From positions 1 through 27,310 of IMG/VR virus record IMGVR_UViG_3300031673_000385: 27,310 nucleotides of DNA, one strand, 5' to 3'. A program made the translations under genes and the position numbers. This document shows, one piece after another, positions 1 to 8,255 of this stretch. This DNA is from a virus. Lineage: Duplodnaviria > Caudoviricetes. The notes under the pieces were generated by a model. The model saw only the letters and a program-made list of their open reading frames with translations. It was not told the origin of the DNA and ran no database searches. The number at the start of each line of letters is the position of its first letter. Position 1 is the stretch's first letter.

Positions 1-810
1 GATCGACTTCAGTTGCTGCGGCGAATCCAAGTTGAAGGTCTCGCCAGCGATGTCCCAAATTCTTTTCTTCTCGCTGCGCGCTAGCTTCGAATACTTCTTG
101 AAGTTGAGCTTGCAGAACTCGCGATCAGCGTAGATCCCGTTATCCTCCATGTCTGCAACGAACGGGACGAGCGCGGTATCCGTTTCGAATGGCGTCCTGA
201 ACTTGGTAGTGCAGCCGACGCGGAACTGTAACGCAAGCCGCAGCGTATGATCCAAATCCTTTTCAAGGTAGCAGCTCATCACGTCAGGGTGCTGAGCGTA
301 ATAGTCTTCGTAGGTCGGTTCAGGCGCGTCGTCATGATCCCAACCTTCGTTGCGATAGTGCTTGCGCCGTGCGCGTCGCTCTTGCGAAAGCCATTCCGTA
401 ATCAAGTGGTCTTCGGTATACTCCTCCTTAAAGTATCGCTGCGCAAGCCAATCAAGCGAGAGCCTTGAATACTCGTCATGGAGCACGGTCATGTTCATCG
501 TGCACCACCACGGACCGCGCGGCTTGAGGTATATAGCTCGCAACATTCTGATTTCGAACTTAGCGTTATGCGCGACTTTGATAACGGATTCGTCTTCAAT
601 GTCGTTCATGAACTCGCGAAGCTTGGGATGGTCAGCGCCAAGAATATCATCGGCCTTGGGCGCGTTGCCACGCATATCGAACTTCCAAGTACGGCCTTCG
701 CCTTCGCGTTGGAACCCGATCAAGAACGGCGTATGACCCTTCTCAGGATCAAGGCCGTTGGTCTCTAGATCAACGACAAGCAGCAGACCTGAGCCGAGCG
801 GATCAGCCAC
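1..810 (-). CDS. polA: Family A DNA polymerase, N-terminal part (3'-5' exonuclease domain and start of polymerase domain); runs off the window start
   Basis: Not in the ORF track; translated by hand from GTG at 810: MADPLGSGLLLVVDLETNGLDP (ExoI DxE) ... KVAHNAKFE (ExoII) ... YLEKD (ExoIII YxxxD) ... PFVADMEDNGIYAD ... GETFNLDSPQQL. Open to base 1. Confidence 0.93.
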   Translation of the reverse strand, partial: MADPLGSGLLLVVDLETNGLDPEKGHTPFLIGFQREGEGRTWKFDMRGNAPKADDILGADHPKLREFMNDIEDESVIKVAHNAKFEIRMLRAIYLKPRGPWWCTMNMTVLHDEYSRLSLDWLAQRYFKEEYTEDHLITEWLSQERRARRKHYRNEGWDHDDAPEPTYEDYYAQHPDVMSCYLEKDLDHTLRLALQFRVGCTTKFRTPFETDTALVPFVADMEDNGIYADREFCKLNFKKYSKLARSEKKRIWDIAGETFNLDSPQQLKSI

Positions 811-1312
811 GCGCGTAGAACCCGAAGTCTTCGAGAGCTTCGAACGAGTCTCTAGGTACGCTGAGCGAGTCATTGGCTTGGTCCCAGATTATCACATGGA
901 CTCCGCTGTTCTTTAGCGCCGCGCGGCACGGCAGGCAGGGCGCTTTGGTCACGTACGCTATCGAATCGAGTACTGAAACGCCGATGCGCGCAGCGTTCGC
1001 GAGCGCGTTAACTTCCGCATGAACGGCGACGCAGTTCTCCATGCACCAGCCCTTGCGCTTGCCTTCGCAAACGCACTCCGGCTCTTTGGTCGCAGTCCCG
1101 TTATAGCCGGTCGAGATGATGTACTTCCCCTCGAGCGTTAGAATGCAGGCATGCTTTCGACCGATGGGACAGTTGCTCCAGCTCGCGACTTCAGCGGCGA
1201 AGCGTTGCATGCGATCAACGTGGCTGCCGAAGCTAGAGAGGCGTCGAAGAATCTGCACTTGACCTATTGAGCCTTCGTTGAACTGGAGATAGGTTTGCGC
1301 TTCGTCATTCAT
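803..1312 (-). CDS. dCMP deaminase family (zinc-dependent cytidine/deoxycytidylate deaminase)
   Basis: SNC..HACIL..IISTGYNG, HAEVNA and PCLPC motifs. Start placed at ATG 1312 (AAAGGA RBS; ATGA overlap with the upstream stop). Confidence 0.92.
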   Translation of the reverse strand: MNDEAQTYLQFNEGSIGQVQILRRLSSFGSHVDRMQRFAAEVASWSNCPIGRKHACILTLEGKYIISTGYNGTATKEPECVCEGKRKGWCMENCVAVHAEVNALANAARIGVSVLDSIAYVTKAPCLPCRAALKNSGVHVIIWDQANDSLSVPRDSFEALEDFGFYARG

Positions 1313-1524
1313 CGTGTTTCCTTTGCTCTCATTCGCTTGGCCTTCTGATTGCACGCGTTGCTGCAGTACTTCGACTGTCGTCGACGCCCGCCAGGAATGC
1401 GAGAGGAGATCGTCATGACTTCAAAGCATACTTTGCACGGCCGCAGCTCGATTCGTATTAGCTGCGCGGGAGCTTGAACTAGCGCAAAGGTAGGCTTAGA
1501 CTTATCGTTTCGTATACACCGCAT
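1309..1524 (-). CDS. Small zinc-finger protein (CxxC...YCSxxC, CGNR-like)
   Basis: CKVC...RQSKYCSNAC with a basic tail; its stop overlaps the deaminase start. Confidence 0.65.
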   Translation of the reverse strand: MRCIRNDKSKPTFALVQAPAQLIRIELRPCKVCFEVMTISSRIPGGRRRQSKYCSNACNQKAKRMRAKETR

Positions 1525-1999
1525 GGATAGTCCCTTCTGCGTTCAGTTGCTTAAGCCGCTCGATCTGCAGGAAGACTGGAATGCGGTTCTTGTCGTCTGC
1601 AAGCAACGGAAAGAGCGACGGCCCCGACGCCAACAGAACAGGCTCAGTCGTAATGTTCCAGCAGTGAATAACATGGCGGAAGAAGTAGAACGTCTTCGCG
1701 CCGCCCAAGATCAGAACCTCTTCGTCCACGCTGCAACTGAGCGCATGCTTTAGAAGATCCTCGGAGTGCGTGCTGTTACGGCCGGAGTAGAGCAAGACCC
1801 TGGAGTTGGCGACCAAGCGAGTCTTTGTTGACGCAGAGAAGCCGTTCCAAGTATTCGCGCCGACGATTGAGAGCTGCGACTGCTTAACCAGCTTCCAGAA
1901 CTTAGCCTTGTCTTCGCTGCTCGTCCAGCCGCCGTGCTCAATGCTATTCGGCTTTCCAATTCGTCCATCCAAGCTAACCACTATACTTGCGCTAATCAT
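1502..1999 (-). CDS. Dihydrofolate reductase family protein
   Basis: VVSLDGRIG, W..EDKAKF (catalytic Asp position), IVGANTW (cf. MGRKTW), VLILGG; directly downstream of the TS-fold gene. Confidence 0.85.
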   Translation of the reverse strand: MISASIVVSLDGRIGKPNSIEHGGWTSSEDKAKFWKLVKQSQLSIVGANTWNGFSASTKTRLVANSRVLLYSGRNSTHSEDLLKHALSCSVDEEVLILGGAKTFYFFRHVIHCWNITTEPVLLASGPSLFPLLADDKNRIPVFLQIERLKQLNAEGTIHAVYTKR

Positions 2000-2834
2000 T
2001 CACGCCCCCTATGATTGCAATCCCCCTATGAGACTTGGGTGGATTGAACTTCAGATAGTCAGCCTCGACTACGCGATGCAAATCAAATACTAGCGTTGGC
2101 TCGCCTTGGATCGCGCGCTTCCATTCTGCCGTGCAAGACGGAACTATAGAATCAGCTGACGCGATACCAGTTCGAGTTGAAAACTTCTCGACCATCGCGT
2201 GAGCTGCAAAGTACTGATTGGCGTAGACGTGCGCGTTGGCCACCGTCCAATAGATCGCGCCGATCTTCAAGTTGAGATAGCGAGCGATCCAAGCGCGGAT
2301 GATCGCGATGCCGGCGACGTCATGCGGAAGTCCGAAGTAGAGGTCAGCGCTTCGTTGGAGCACCGTCGTATGCAGCGTTTCACCGATAACCGAAAGCGCC
2401 ATGGACGAGATGCAAGGCCGATGCGAACGGCCAATGTCGTCGCGCTCGAAGAGCTGGAAGACGATGGACTTCTTGGTGCGATCATGTCGTAGCGCAGCGA
2501 CGCCCTTAAGCAGCAAGTCAATGCCATCGCCGCGGCCGCGAAATGTCGGACCCCAATTCATCGACTGCGGGAATTTACTCCAAGCGTTGAAGCCGTAGGT
2601 CTTCATGAAGTCGGGATCGCGGCCGCCGCTCATATGCCAAACCGCTTCGGCGCAGAACCACTTGGTGTTGATGTTCCGCAGCGAGACGAGCGGCAGTCCG
2701 CCGCCATGGCCGCAGCTAAACGAAAGGCCGGGACGCGCGCGGTAGTAGATGCCGGTCCGTTGGTCTTGCTCCTCTTTTGCTGCGAGCACGAAGTCGAGTA
2801 GCTCGACATAGACTCCATCAAACGCGGTATTCAT
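1992..2834 (-). CDS. Thymidylate synthase / dCMP (hydroxy)methyltransferase-family enzyme, predicted to be dCMP-specific
   Basis: QRTG, AEAVW, catalytic PC, QRSAD and AHVY motifs. The specificity position is Asp (GLPHD), as in T4 dCMP hydroxymethylase, not Asn (GLPFN) as in ThyA. Confidence 0.9.
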   Translation of the reverse strand: MNTAFDGVYVELLDFVLAAKEEQDQRTGIYYRARPGLSFSCGHGGGLPLVSLRNINTKWFCAEAVWHMSGGRDPDFMKTYGFNAWSKFPQSMNWGPTFRGRGDGIDLLLKGVAALRHDRTKKSIVFQLFERDDIGRSHRPCISSMALSVIGETLHTTVLQRSADLYFGLPHDVAGIAIIRAWIARYLNLKIGAIYWTVANAHVYANQYFAAHAMVEKFSTRTGIASADSIVPSCTAEWKRAIQGEPTLVFDLHRVVEADYLKFNPPKSHRGIAIIGGVND

Positions 2835-3436
2835 TCTGACACCTCTATCAGCGTTTCTTCAATCATCACTTTGATAACTTCAGCGACTAGAACGCCTTCG
2901 TCGGCAGGCTTATTAACCGTTAGAATATCAAGCCCTTCCGCGCCAGAAAGCAACCTAAGCTGATTCGTGTTTGCGTAGAACTTGTCGACGTCTCTTCGCT
3001 CGAGCGCATGCGTTGGCTTGCGATGGCGATACCTCAGAACGAATAGCAGATCGACCAGCGGCCAATGCTGAGTTTCGGTAAGCCCAATCCAACGATCCGT
3101 ATGCGCTGCGAGTTCAGCCGATGCGCTGCCGTAGCACCAGTCGCTAACGGGGTGCAGTCGATCAAGCAGAATCAGCGACTCGTTCCACTTGCTATAGACC
3201 AGTTCAAGCGCCTCTTCCGCTGCCGCAGCCATCAGATAGCGGCGGGTCATTTCGTTGCCGTCGTGGTCGCGCGCGAGATCATACGCGGCGCGGCCCGTCT
3301 CTGATGCTCTGTAATCAACCACAGTAACAGGAACGCCCTGCCGCAGAAGCTCTACCGCGACTTGATTAAGCAGCGTCGTCTTCCCAACCCCATCAGGGCC
3401 TTCGAATGCGATAATAGATCGAGCTCTGAAGTTCAT
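2831..3436 (-). CDS. Thymidylate-kinase-family dNMP kinase
   Basis: IAFEGPDGVGKTT P-loop and LLDR..S..CY motif. Start at ATG 3436 (AAGGAG RBS; ATGA overlap with the primase stop). Confidence 0.85.
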   Translation of the reverse strand: MNFRARSIIAFEGPDGVGKTTLLNQVAVELLRQGVPVTVVDYRASETGRAAYDLARDHDGNEMTRRYLMAAAAEEALELVYSKWNESLILLDRLHPVSDWCYGSASAELAAHTDRWIGLTETQHWPLVDLLFVLRYRHRKPTHALERRDVDKFYANTNQLRLLSGAEGLDILTVNKPADEGVLVAEVIKVMIEETLIEVSE

Positions 3437-5955
3437 CTCTTCTCCTTGGTCAGAACTGTGAGCATGCGGCCTGAAACCATCTTCTTTGATCGCGTCCAAC
3501 CTGCATTGGAAAGCATAGACTCCGCGTCAACAAGGCGGACTCCAAGCTGTCTAGCATTGCTCCAAGGACAGCGCTGACCGAGATGCTTTGCAAGGATCTG
3601 AAAGTCTGTCAAGAGCTGGTTGGCTTGCGCGCGTAGGTAGGTCTTGCCATCGCGCTCAGTAATCTTGACGCGCGTATCGCTTAGCGATCCATGCCGATCG
3701 ACTAGCGTCTCCAGATAGTAGAGCAGCTCGCTCGTTGATTGCTTGCGTTCTGACGCGCTGCGGTCTTGCTCTTCCAGCCATTCACTTACCAAATCGCGAG
3801 CGGTGTTCCACTTGTTTGACGGTCTGAACGCGAAGCAGATATCTGAGCAGATCGCCATCAGCGCCCAATGGTCGTTGAAGCGTTCCATTGAATGGTGCGG
3901 GAATTCGTGCGCGATCCTTGAAACTTCGCCGCTCTTGATTCGCGGTAGGATGGATTGCTGCGCGAGCTTCAACCAGCCTGATAGAATCTGATGGCGCTGC
4001 TCTGATGCTCGCTTGACTTCTCGGTACTCATGGAAGTTCGCGCGGCCATACTTCTCGAGGTCAAGCTCAATCTCAATGGTCCGCGCGATCAGTTCGTTTC
4101 TGGAGAAGGGCTCGATACCGTTGGTCCCAATCAAGCAGTTGACTTGCTCCGTTACGATGGCGCTGTCAGTTCCTGACGCGCGCTTCGTCTTTGATCCGCC
4201 GGTCGCAGCGGTCAGCAGGAAGTCTTCAAACGGCTGCGTTAGGTTGCGAGTCTCGACGTTATCAAACAAAAGGATTGGGTGCGACTGAGCCATCGCGTAG
4301 CTACTTGCGATCGTGCTCGCGGAGTGCGACATGACTTCTTCGCCATAGATCAAGTGCGAAATCAACTTGGTCGCAGTGGTCTTGCCGCCGCCGCTGCTCG
4401 CAACGAATCGAAGGATTGGCTTCGCCCGAATATACTCCCTGAAGTACAGGCTCATGATCCAACACATCGAGAGATAGCGGTACGAATCGTCGCAAGCGAT
4501 ATTCCTACCAACGATGGACCACGCCGCAGCAACAGCTTCGTTTGGCTGCGCGGACTTGATCCACTTAACCGCAGCATGCTCGCGCGGCGTATCAATCAGC
4601 ACTGAGTGCGTCTGCACTGAGTCGTCCAGCATCGTGACCGACTTCGGCGTCGCGCAAAGCGTTCGGCCCTTGCCCGCGTAGAGGTAAACGCTTTGGTTAT
4701 GATAGAGCGACCAAGCGCCCATCGTGACTTTGCTTGCGCGCCCTAGCGCAGCTGACTTCAAGTGGTTGATAACGAAGCGACCGGACGACGTTGCTGAATT
4801 GATTGCAGGATTGATTCGCGACAGATGCCCAAGGAAGTGAGCGCCGCCGACAGCCATTGATCCACTGCCCGCTCGCTCCGCGTAGTAGGATTCGCCGTCG
4901 TTGCCGCGAAAGAATCCACCGCGTGATTCAAGCAGCGACAGAACCAGCTCCGCGCGCTCGACCATTTCGTTTTCAGCTTCTGAAGTCTCGAACTCCAACG
5001 CAACGGACGCGACGGGCTTAGCCTCTTCTTCGCCAACGCCTGACGCTGCTTGTCTCAGCAGCTCAGCATTGCCGCCGCCGCCATGCAGCCAATCGCCCAA
5101 GTCTTTGCCTTTCGGCCAAGGCGGGGGGTCAAGCAGAATCACTCGCGCGCCTGCTTTGGTTAAGGCCTTGGCTCGCTTGCGTGCGCCCGCCAATCCAGCC
5201 TTATCGTTGTCCGGCACGACTAGAACCTTCAAGCCTTTGAACTTCTTCGCAAGCTCAGCGGGCATCGTGTGCGCGCCGCTCGTAATGGTCACGGCGTTGA
5301 TCCCGCGGTCGATAGCTAGGATCGCGTCTAGCTCGCCTTCGCAGAGCACGACCACGCTGCGCTTGAGCGAGCTCAACGGATAGATCCGCGCGCCTCCAAA
5401 GCCATCGCCCTTCTTGCCATAGCTGAAGATCTTGGGCGCGCCTGCTTTTCTGCGACCCAGTAGATCGTGCTTGCGAACGTCGACGACAAGGCCTTGCTCG
5501 TTCTCAATTGGAATCCAAAGGCGATCGCCAGCCCAGCCTAGCCTATGCCGCAACACGGCAGCTTCAGAAATACCGCGCTTTTTCTTGAGTCGTCCAATCA
5601 AGAGCGGATTATTCGCGAGCGCTCCATGAGCATGCGATACATTGGAGTCGGGGACTAGCTTCTCGACATGCTCAGTCCAGAGATGCTTAATTGCGTTGCG
5701 ATACGACAGGCCTAGCAAGTCTTGCGCTAGCCCAACTATCGTCGACGACTTATAGCCGCAGCCTTGGCAGAACGAGCGGCCGGCGTTGTCAGGGTCTACT
5801 CCAAACGATGGAGTGCTGTCGTTGCCGGACTCATGGCGCTCAGGGAAAGGGCAGCAGACGTTATCGCCGGTGGACGCGCCTTCAACCAAGTCATCGATAG
5901 CGTCAGTCAAGTTGATTCGACGCAGTAGTTCCTTGCTAATCTTTTTGGAGTTCAT
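3433..5955 (-). CDS. Primase-helicase (CHC2-type Zn finger + TOPRIM + P-loop helicase)
   Basis: CPFPERH..D.TPSF..FCQGCG zinc finger; CEGELDAI, PDND.AG and KDLGDW TOPRIM motifs; ASSGGGKTT Walker A and ILLFDN Walker B. Confidence 0.9.
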   Translation of the reverse strand: MNSKKISKELLRRINLTDAIDDLVEGASTGDNVCCPFPERHESGNDSTPSFGVDPDNAGRSFCQGCGYKSSTIVGLAQDLLGLSYRNAIKHLWTEHVEKLVPDSNVSHAHGALANNPLLIGRLKKKRGISEAAVLRHRLGWAGDRLWIPIENEQGLVVDVRKHDLLGRRKAGAPKIFSYGKKGDGFGGARIYPLSSLKRSVVVLCEGELDAILAIDRGINAVTITSGAHTMPAELAKKFKGLKVLVVPDNDKAGLAGARKRAKALTKAGARVILLDPPPWPKGKDLGDWLHGGGGNAELLRQAASGVGEEEAKPVASVALEFETSEAENEMVERAELVLSLLESRGGFFRGNDGESYYAERAGSGSMAVGGAHFLGHLSRINPAINSATSSGRFVINHLKSAALGRASKVTMGAWSLYHNQSVYLYAGKGRTLCATPKSVTMLDDSVQTHSVLIDTPREHAAVKWIKSAQPNEAVAAAWSIVGRNIACDDSYRYLSMCWIMSLYFREYIRAKPILRFVASSGGGKTTATKLISHLIYGEEVMSHSASTIASSYAMAQSHPILLFDNVETRNLTQPFEDFLLTAATGGSKTKRASGTDSAIVTEQVNCLIGTNGIEPFSRNELIARTIEIELDLEKYGRANFHEYREVKRASEQRHQILSGWLKLAQQSILPRIKSGEVSRIAHEFPHHSMERFNDHWALMAICSDICFAFRPSNKWNTARDLVSEWLEEQDRSASERKQSTSELLYYLETLVDRHGSLSDTRVKITERDGKTYLRAQANQLLTDFQILAKHLGQRCPWSNARQLGVRLVDAESMLSNAGWTRSKKMVSGRMLTVLTKEKR

Positions 5956-5981
5956 TGCCCTTCTGCCCTTGGGTTAGAGAA

Positions 5982-6040
5982 GTGGAGGGTGCAGCGGGAA
6001 TCAGGGAAGCAAGCTGATTCAAACCGCTGCACCCTCTCAC
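5982..6040 (-). other. Long interrupted stem-loop between SSB and primase (RNA processing site or attenuator)
   Basis: GAGGGTGCAGCGG (5985-5997) pairs with CCGCTGCACCCTC (6024-6036); inner GAATCAG/CTGATTC; no strong U-tract. Confidence 0.65.
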
Positions 6041-6069
6041 AGCTGACTGCGTTGCGATAGGGCTAATCG

Positions 6070-7104
6070 CTACGCAGCCAACTTGGCCTTGATACTCTTC
6101 GCAAGCGCTTTGGGAGTAACGCCCTTGATGATCTTCACACCAATTGCGGCAGCCAGAATCTTCAGCCGCCCGAGCGGGAGGGCAGCACCTTCATCAACCT
6201 TGCAAAGGTCGACGAGAAGTTTCTTCGGCTGCTTATCAACCGCGAAACCGAACGCTTCAAGGCACTCGCCTGCGGTTGCTTTCGTGAAGTCTTTGGACGC
6301 AGCGGCAGAACTCTCGGGCCATTCCGCCTCATCGCCTTCCTCTTCGTCCGCCTCTTCTTCGCCAGCCTCTTCGTCCTCAGTCTCTTCTTCGTCGTCGTCG
6401 CTCTCTTCTTCGCCTTCCGCATCGTCGTCGTCGTCGTCGTCGTCGCTCTCTTCTTCTTCATCCTCCTCTTCGTTTTCGTCGTCCGCGTCCGCAGACAGAA
6501 TCGTCAGCGCGCTGAACTTCTTGGAGCTGACCTTGCCGTCGTCCTCTTCGCAAACCGCGGTCTCTTCGTCTTCGTCGACTTCGATGACGGTTGCTTCAAC
6601 GACTGCACCCTTGCGCTTGAAGGTCACGCGAGCTCCATCCGAGACTTCGCTTGACTCCTCTTCCTCTTCGTCGTCGTCGTCGTCGCCGTCCTTGGAGACT
6701 AGCTTGTTCACGTAGAGGTTCTGGAAATCGTTTGCAGTTCGCAGGACGCCTTCGAATACGCGGCCATTCATTTCCTCGCAAACGGTTCCGTCAAGCAGCT
6801 CACCGATATCTGCAGGCACCTTGATTCCAAGCCGTCCAAGCTTGCGCTTGAACCAGCCCATGTTGTCAGGCGTCTCCAGATTATCGAACTGCGAACCCTT
6901 GACGCCTACGTACTCTTCGTCGCCGCCAACGATTTCGTAAACAGCCGAAACCATGGGCTTGCCGGTGCCGCTCACTTTGAAAACCGCCTTGGCGATCTTG
7001 AACTGATACGTCCCATCGGGCGCGTCCAACTGATTGCCGCCGGTATCCTTTGCGCCCTTCCACATCTTCTGAAGGGTTTTCTGTTCCTTTGCGCTAACGC
7101 TCAT
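6070..7104 (-). CDS. Phage single-stranded DNA-binding protein (DUF669-like) with long acidic tracts
   Basis: APDGTYQFKI...SGTGKPMV...YEI N-terminal pattern, position next to the Sak4-like ATPase, long D/E runs. Confidence 0.7.
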   Translation of the reverse strand: MSVSAKEQKTLQKMWKGAKDTGGNQLDAPDGTYQFKIAKAVFKVSGTGKPMVSAVYEIVGGDEEYVGVKGSQFDNLETPDNMGWFKRKLGRLGIKVPADIGELLDGTVCEEMNGRVFEGVLRTANDFQNLYVNKLVSKDGDDDDDEEEEESSEVSDGARVTFKRKGAVVEATVIEVDEDEETAVCEEDDGKVSSKKFSALTILSADADDENEEEDEEEESDDDDDDDDAEGEEESDDDEEETEDEEAGEEEADEEEGDEAEWPESSAAASKDFTKATAGECLEAFGFAVDKQPKKLLVDLCKVDEGAALPLGRLKILAAAIGVKIIKGVTPKALAKSIKAKLAA

Positions 7105-7901
7105 TCAGTGGTCCTCTTCTTTTTGGTGGCCGTCTTCTTCTTCTTCTTGCGGTGCGGGGTGGCCGTTGACCCGCGCCCTTCTGAAAGCAAGTGCTTGGTG
7201 AGCTCCGCATAGTTTGCTGCGGGATCCTTGACTAGCTCCATCTGCTTCGGCAAGCGATCAGTCCAATCCTTTGCTTCGATGATTCTAGTCGGCTGAAAGA
7301 AGATGCGGCGCTTCCCCGTATCTTCGTCAACGTCTTCAGCAGAAAAGCCCAAGTAGCCTTCGACATCGCAGATTGGAAGGATGATCCCCTTCGCAGAGTC
7401 TTGCAGCGTCGGAACAATGCGATCCATTCGCACGCCGCGACCGCCTTGGTTGGAGTCGCGAACCTTTGCATGCGAAACGAAAACGACGCCATAGCCGCAG
7501 GTGGTCAGCTTCGCGATAACCGGAATGAACTCTCGCCGCACCATGTCGAAGCCTTTGCCATGCGACAGATCGGTTTCGTGCTCAATGCCGCGCGCTTCAA
7601 GGACATGCTGCCTGCAGAGCATCCAAAGAAGATCGATCGTATCCACGACGACTGCGCTATACCGCTTGCCGTTCAACTTCTGAAGTTCGCGGACGGCCTT
7701 GACGAAGCTGCGCCAGTCCATGATTGGCTGCTTGTACGCGTCGATATACTTGACGCTACTAGTCCAAAGGTAGAGCACTGAGCTGCCGAACCCCGACGCT
7801 AGCAGCGACTTTCCAATTCCCGGCGGGCCGTACAAAAACCAAACGAGCTTGCGCGGGTCCACTGTTTCTCCACTTGACTTGTCAGTCGGCAGGGCGCTCA
7901 A
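7101..7901 (-). CDS. AAA_24 / Sak4-like ATPase (single-strand annealing protein)
   Basis: LYGPPGIGKS Walker A, VVVDTID Walker B, VVFVSH and AKD motifs; TTG start after GAGGAG. Confidence 0.85.
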   Translation of the reverse strand: MSALPTDKSSGETVDPRKLVWFLYGPPGIGKSLLASGFGSSVLYLWTSSVKYIDAYKQPIMDWRSFVKAVRELQKLNGKRYSAVVVDTIDLLWMLCRQHVLEARGIEHETDLSHGKGFDMVRREFIPVIAKLTTCGYGVVFVSHAKVRDSNQGGRGVRMDRIVPTLQDSAKGIILPICDVEGYLGFSAEDVDEDTGKRRIFFQPTRIIEAKDWTDRLPKQMELVKDPAANYAELTKHLLSEGRGSTATPHRKKKKKTATKKKRTTE

Positions 7902-8034
7902 AATTCCTCTCCTCTTCTTGGACTTCGTTGATGATCTGACGGACGCGTTCGCGGACTTCAGGATCTGGATGATTGACGGCGAGCAAGAGTTCGGACTTCA
8001 GGTTGTTGAGCGCATGCCCAAGCTCCGGCGTCAT
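7882..8034 (-). CDS. Hypothetical protein (50 aa)
   Basis: Hand translation MTPELGHALNNLKSELLLAVNHPDPEVRERVRQIINEVQEEERNFERPAD; ATGA-coupled to the upstream ORF and fills the gap. Confidence 0.6.
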   Translation of the reverse strand: MTPELGHALNNLKSELLLAVNHPDPEVRERVRQIINEVQEEERNFERPAD

Positions 8035-8255
8035 CCTGGGATCTTGTCGCCAATGAAGTTGAGCGACTGGATGACGCTTTCCAGCGCAGCCCGTAGTGCC
8101 TCGTTCTCGGCCTCAAGCTTATTCACGTCGGCAGCGAGTAGACGTAGGGTGAACGCTGCGGAGTCCAGGATTCGTGACGCCTCGTGGTTCTTCGGGGGAA
8201 TGACGCTGCGAAGCTCTGAGGCCAGCCGCCGCGCCTCTTCGGTCTTGGGGTTCAT
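8031..8255 (-). CDS. Hypothetical coiled-coil protein
   Basis: ATGA overlaps on both sides; KLEAENEALRAAL heptad pattern. Confidence 0.65.
   Translation of the reverse strand: MNPKTEEARRLASELRSVIPPKNHEASRILDSAAFTLRLLAADVNKLEAENEALRAALESVIQSLNFIGDKIPG

Noticed and set aside
247-768. Plus-strand ORFs of 73-124 aa
   Set aside because: Antisense shadows of the PolA frame, which has clear motifs.
1-810. DpoZ / 2-aminoadenine system
   Set aside because: No PurZ, DatZ or MazZ-like gene in the window; neighbouring enzymes point to pyrimidine modification.
1992-2834. Canonical thymidylate synthase (thyA)
   Set aside because: The dUMP-specifying Asn is replaced by Asp, so the thyA symbol was withheld.
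6083-6715. 210-aa poly-Ser ORF on the + strand
   Set aside because: Mirror of the Asp/Glu codon runs in the SSB.
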